From Chiloscyllium plagiosum (taxonomy: Eukaryota), in assembly GCF_004010195.1 (NCBI RefSeq), contig NW_025215376.1, positions 1 to 64,000 of the forward strand: a DNA stretch of 64,000 nt, in the 5' to 3' direction. The notes beneath the pieces are model-generated. The model was not told where the DNA came from. It saw only the letters and a program-made list of their open reading frames with translations, and did not search any database. The position numbers were made by a program, and so were the translations under genes. This document shows, piece by piece, positions 62,290-64,000 of this stretch. Each line of letters begins with the position of its first letter. The stretch's first letter is position 1.

Positions 62290-63085
62290 TTACCAGGATG
62301 CTTCCTGGACTGGAGGGCTTGCCTTATGAAGAGAGGTTGACTAAGCTTGGACTTTTCTCTCTGGAGAGAAGGAGGAAGAGGGGTGACCTGATCGAGGTAT
62401 ACAAGATAATGAGAGATTACATTAGATTATACAAGATAATGAGAGATTACATTACAGTGTGGAAACAGGCCCTTCGGCCCAACAAGTCCACACCGACCCG
62501 CCGAAGCGCAACCCACCCATACCCCTACATTTACCCCTTACCTAATACTACGGGCAATTTTGCATGGCCAATTCACCTGACCTGCACATCTTTGGACTGT
62601 GGGAGGAAACCGGAGCACCCGGAGGAAACCCACGCAGACACAGGGAGAATGTGCAAACTCCACACAGTCAGTCGCCTGAGGCGGGAATTGAACCCGGGTC
62701 TCAGGCGCTGTGAGGCAGCAGTGCTAACCACTGTGCCACCGTGCCGCCCACAATGGATGGATAGCGTCAATAGCCAGAGACTTTTCCCCAGGACAGGATT
62801 GACTGGTACGAGGGGTCATAGTTTTAAGATATTAGGAGAAAGGTATACAGGGGACGTCAGAGGAAGGTTTTTTTTATGCAGGGAGTTGTGAATGCATGGA
62901 ATGCGTGGCCAGCGGTGGTGGTGGAAGCGGAATCATTAGGGACATTTAAGCGACTGCTGTACATGCACATGAGTTGAGGGGTGTGTGGGTTATGTTATTT
63001 GATTTTACATTAGGATTAACCATCGGCACAACATCGTGGGCCAAAGGGCCTGTTCTGTGCTGTACTTTTCTATGTTCTATGTTCT
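62290..63085 (+). mobile_element. CR1 3' fragment interrupted by an HE1-type SINE (~62446-62749, -)
   Basis: MLPGLEGL.YEERL..LGLFSLE...GDLIEVYKIMR and a (TTCTATG)n tail. The SINE is in reverse orientation. Confidence 0.93.
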
Positions 63086-64000
63086 AATGCCAAGCCATTG
63101 AATTCCCTCTATTTCATTGTTTTACGTCCGTTGATTCAGCATCTACTATTCACCAAAATTACATAATGAAATTATTAACCTTCAATAGAGGGAATTGTGA
63201 TGTTATTCTCAAACATTTTAAGCATTTAACTTTGATTTTTCATTACATTGAGGTATGTTATTATTTACAGGAAAACAGATGGAGATAAACACTGAAGTGA
63301 AGTTTGAGATGCCATGGGGTGAAATATTTATTCCATTTCATTTCATTTTATTTCATCTTACTCTATCAATGCATTAAAAATGATTTCTTTTTTTGCAAGA
63401 AAGTAGAACTACATAAAAGCAGGATCAATGATAAGAGGAAGGGAGTGAAAACTCGATGACTGTTACAAGGAATAGGGGATGACAATTTGAGATATTGTGG
63501 CTGTATTCAATTGAACATGTTGTGCTATTCTTTAAAAATCAAATGAAAGATATGCACAATTGAAGCATAAAGCTAATTTGCCAAAGTGTTTCGTCAAACA
63601 AGAATGTATCATAGATACAATATTATTTTGGATGAATTGAACATTTTATTTATATAGTGAGCGCAAATCAAGTGTTAGGATGGAAAGCAGGGCAGACTTG
63701 CACTTGGATAGACCATAATTACTTGCCAATATGGGGATAACATTTAGAGCACGATATTCTTTAAGATATTGATCACAACCTTCACTCTTGGAAGTTTACA
63801 GCAAGATATCTCAATGTTCAAATGTACAAAGAGACATTATTTACCCAAGTCATTATTCAATCATAATTGTAGCATGTCTTACGGAGGGTGATTGATAAAA
63901 AAATGTCTTGTACCAAAACAGAAAAAAAAATCGATAAAATGCACTAAATAAATGACATAAATGAGACTTGTTTCGATATACAAAGGGCAGGCAGGGACAA

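Noticed and set aside
4195..62749. tRNA genes suggested by box A/B motifs
   Set aside because: Each continues into a SINE core and tail, so these are SINE heads.

Overview
Vertebrate nuclear DNA, almost certainly from a shark or other elasmobranch: it carries HE1-type tRNA-derived SINEs, abundant CR1 LINEs and Penelope-like elements. It is a draft assembly with six N-gaps, all inside repeats. Two protein-coding genes are supported. One is a GC/CpG-rich, single-coding-exon PGAP4 (TMEM246) at 806-2002 (+). The other is a two-exon, divergent GPR139/GPR142-like class A GPCR (40936-41005 joined to 43188-44110, +, 330 aa). Most of the rest is repetitive: a ~9 kb 47-bp satellite with higher-order structure, CR1 and Rex1/Babar fragments, two SINE families, solo LTRs, a TA-flanked MITE and a poly(A) retro-insert. 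There are also many Penelope terminal repeats with minimal hammerhead-ribozyme motifs, several forming short target-site-duplicated palindromes. Other notable structures are a ~1.7 kb element with long inverted arms (21121-22800) and an inverted local copy of a Penelope cassette with its flank (32100-33179). Repeat boundaries were read by eye and are approximate, and family names come from motif recognition rather than database searches.
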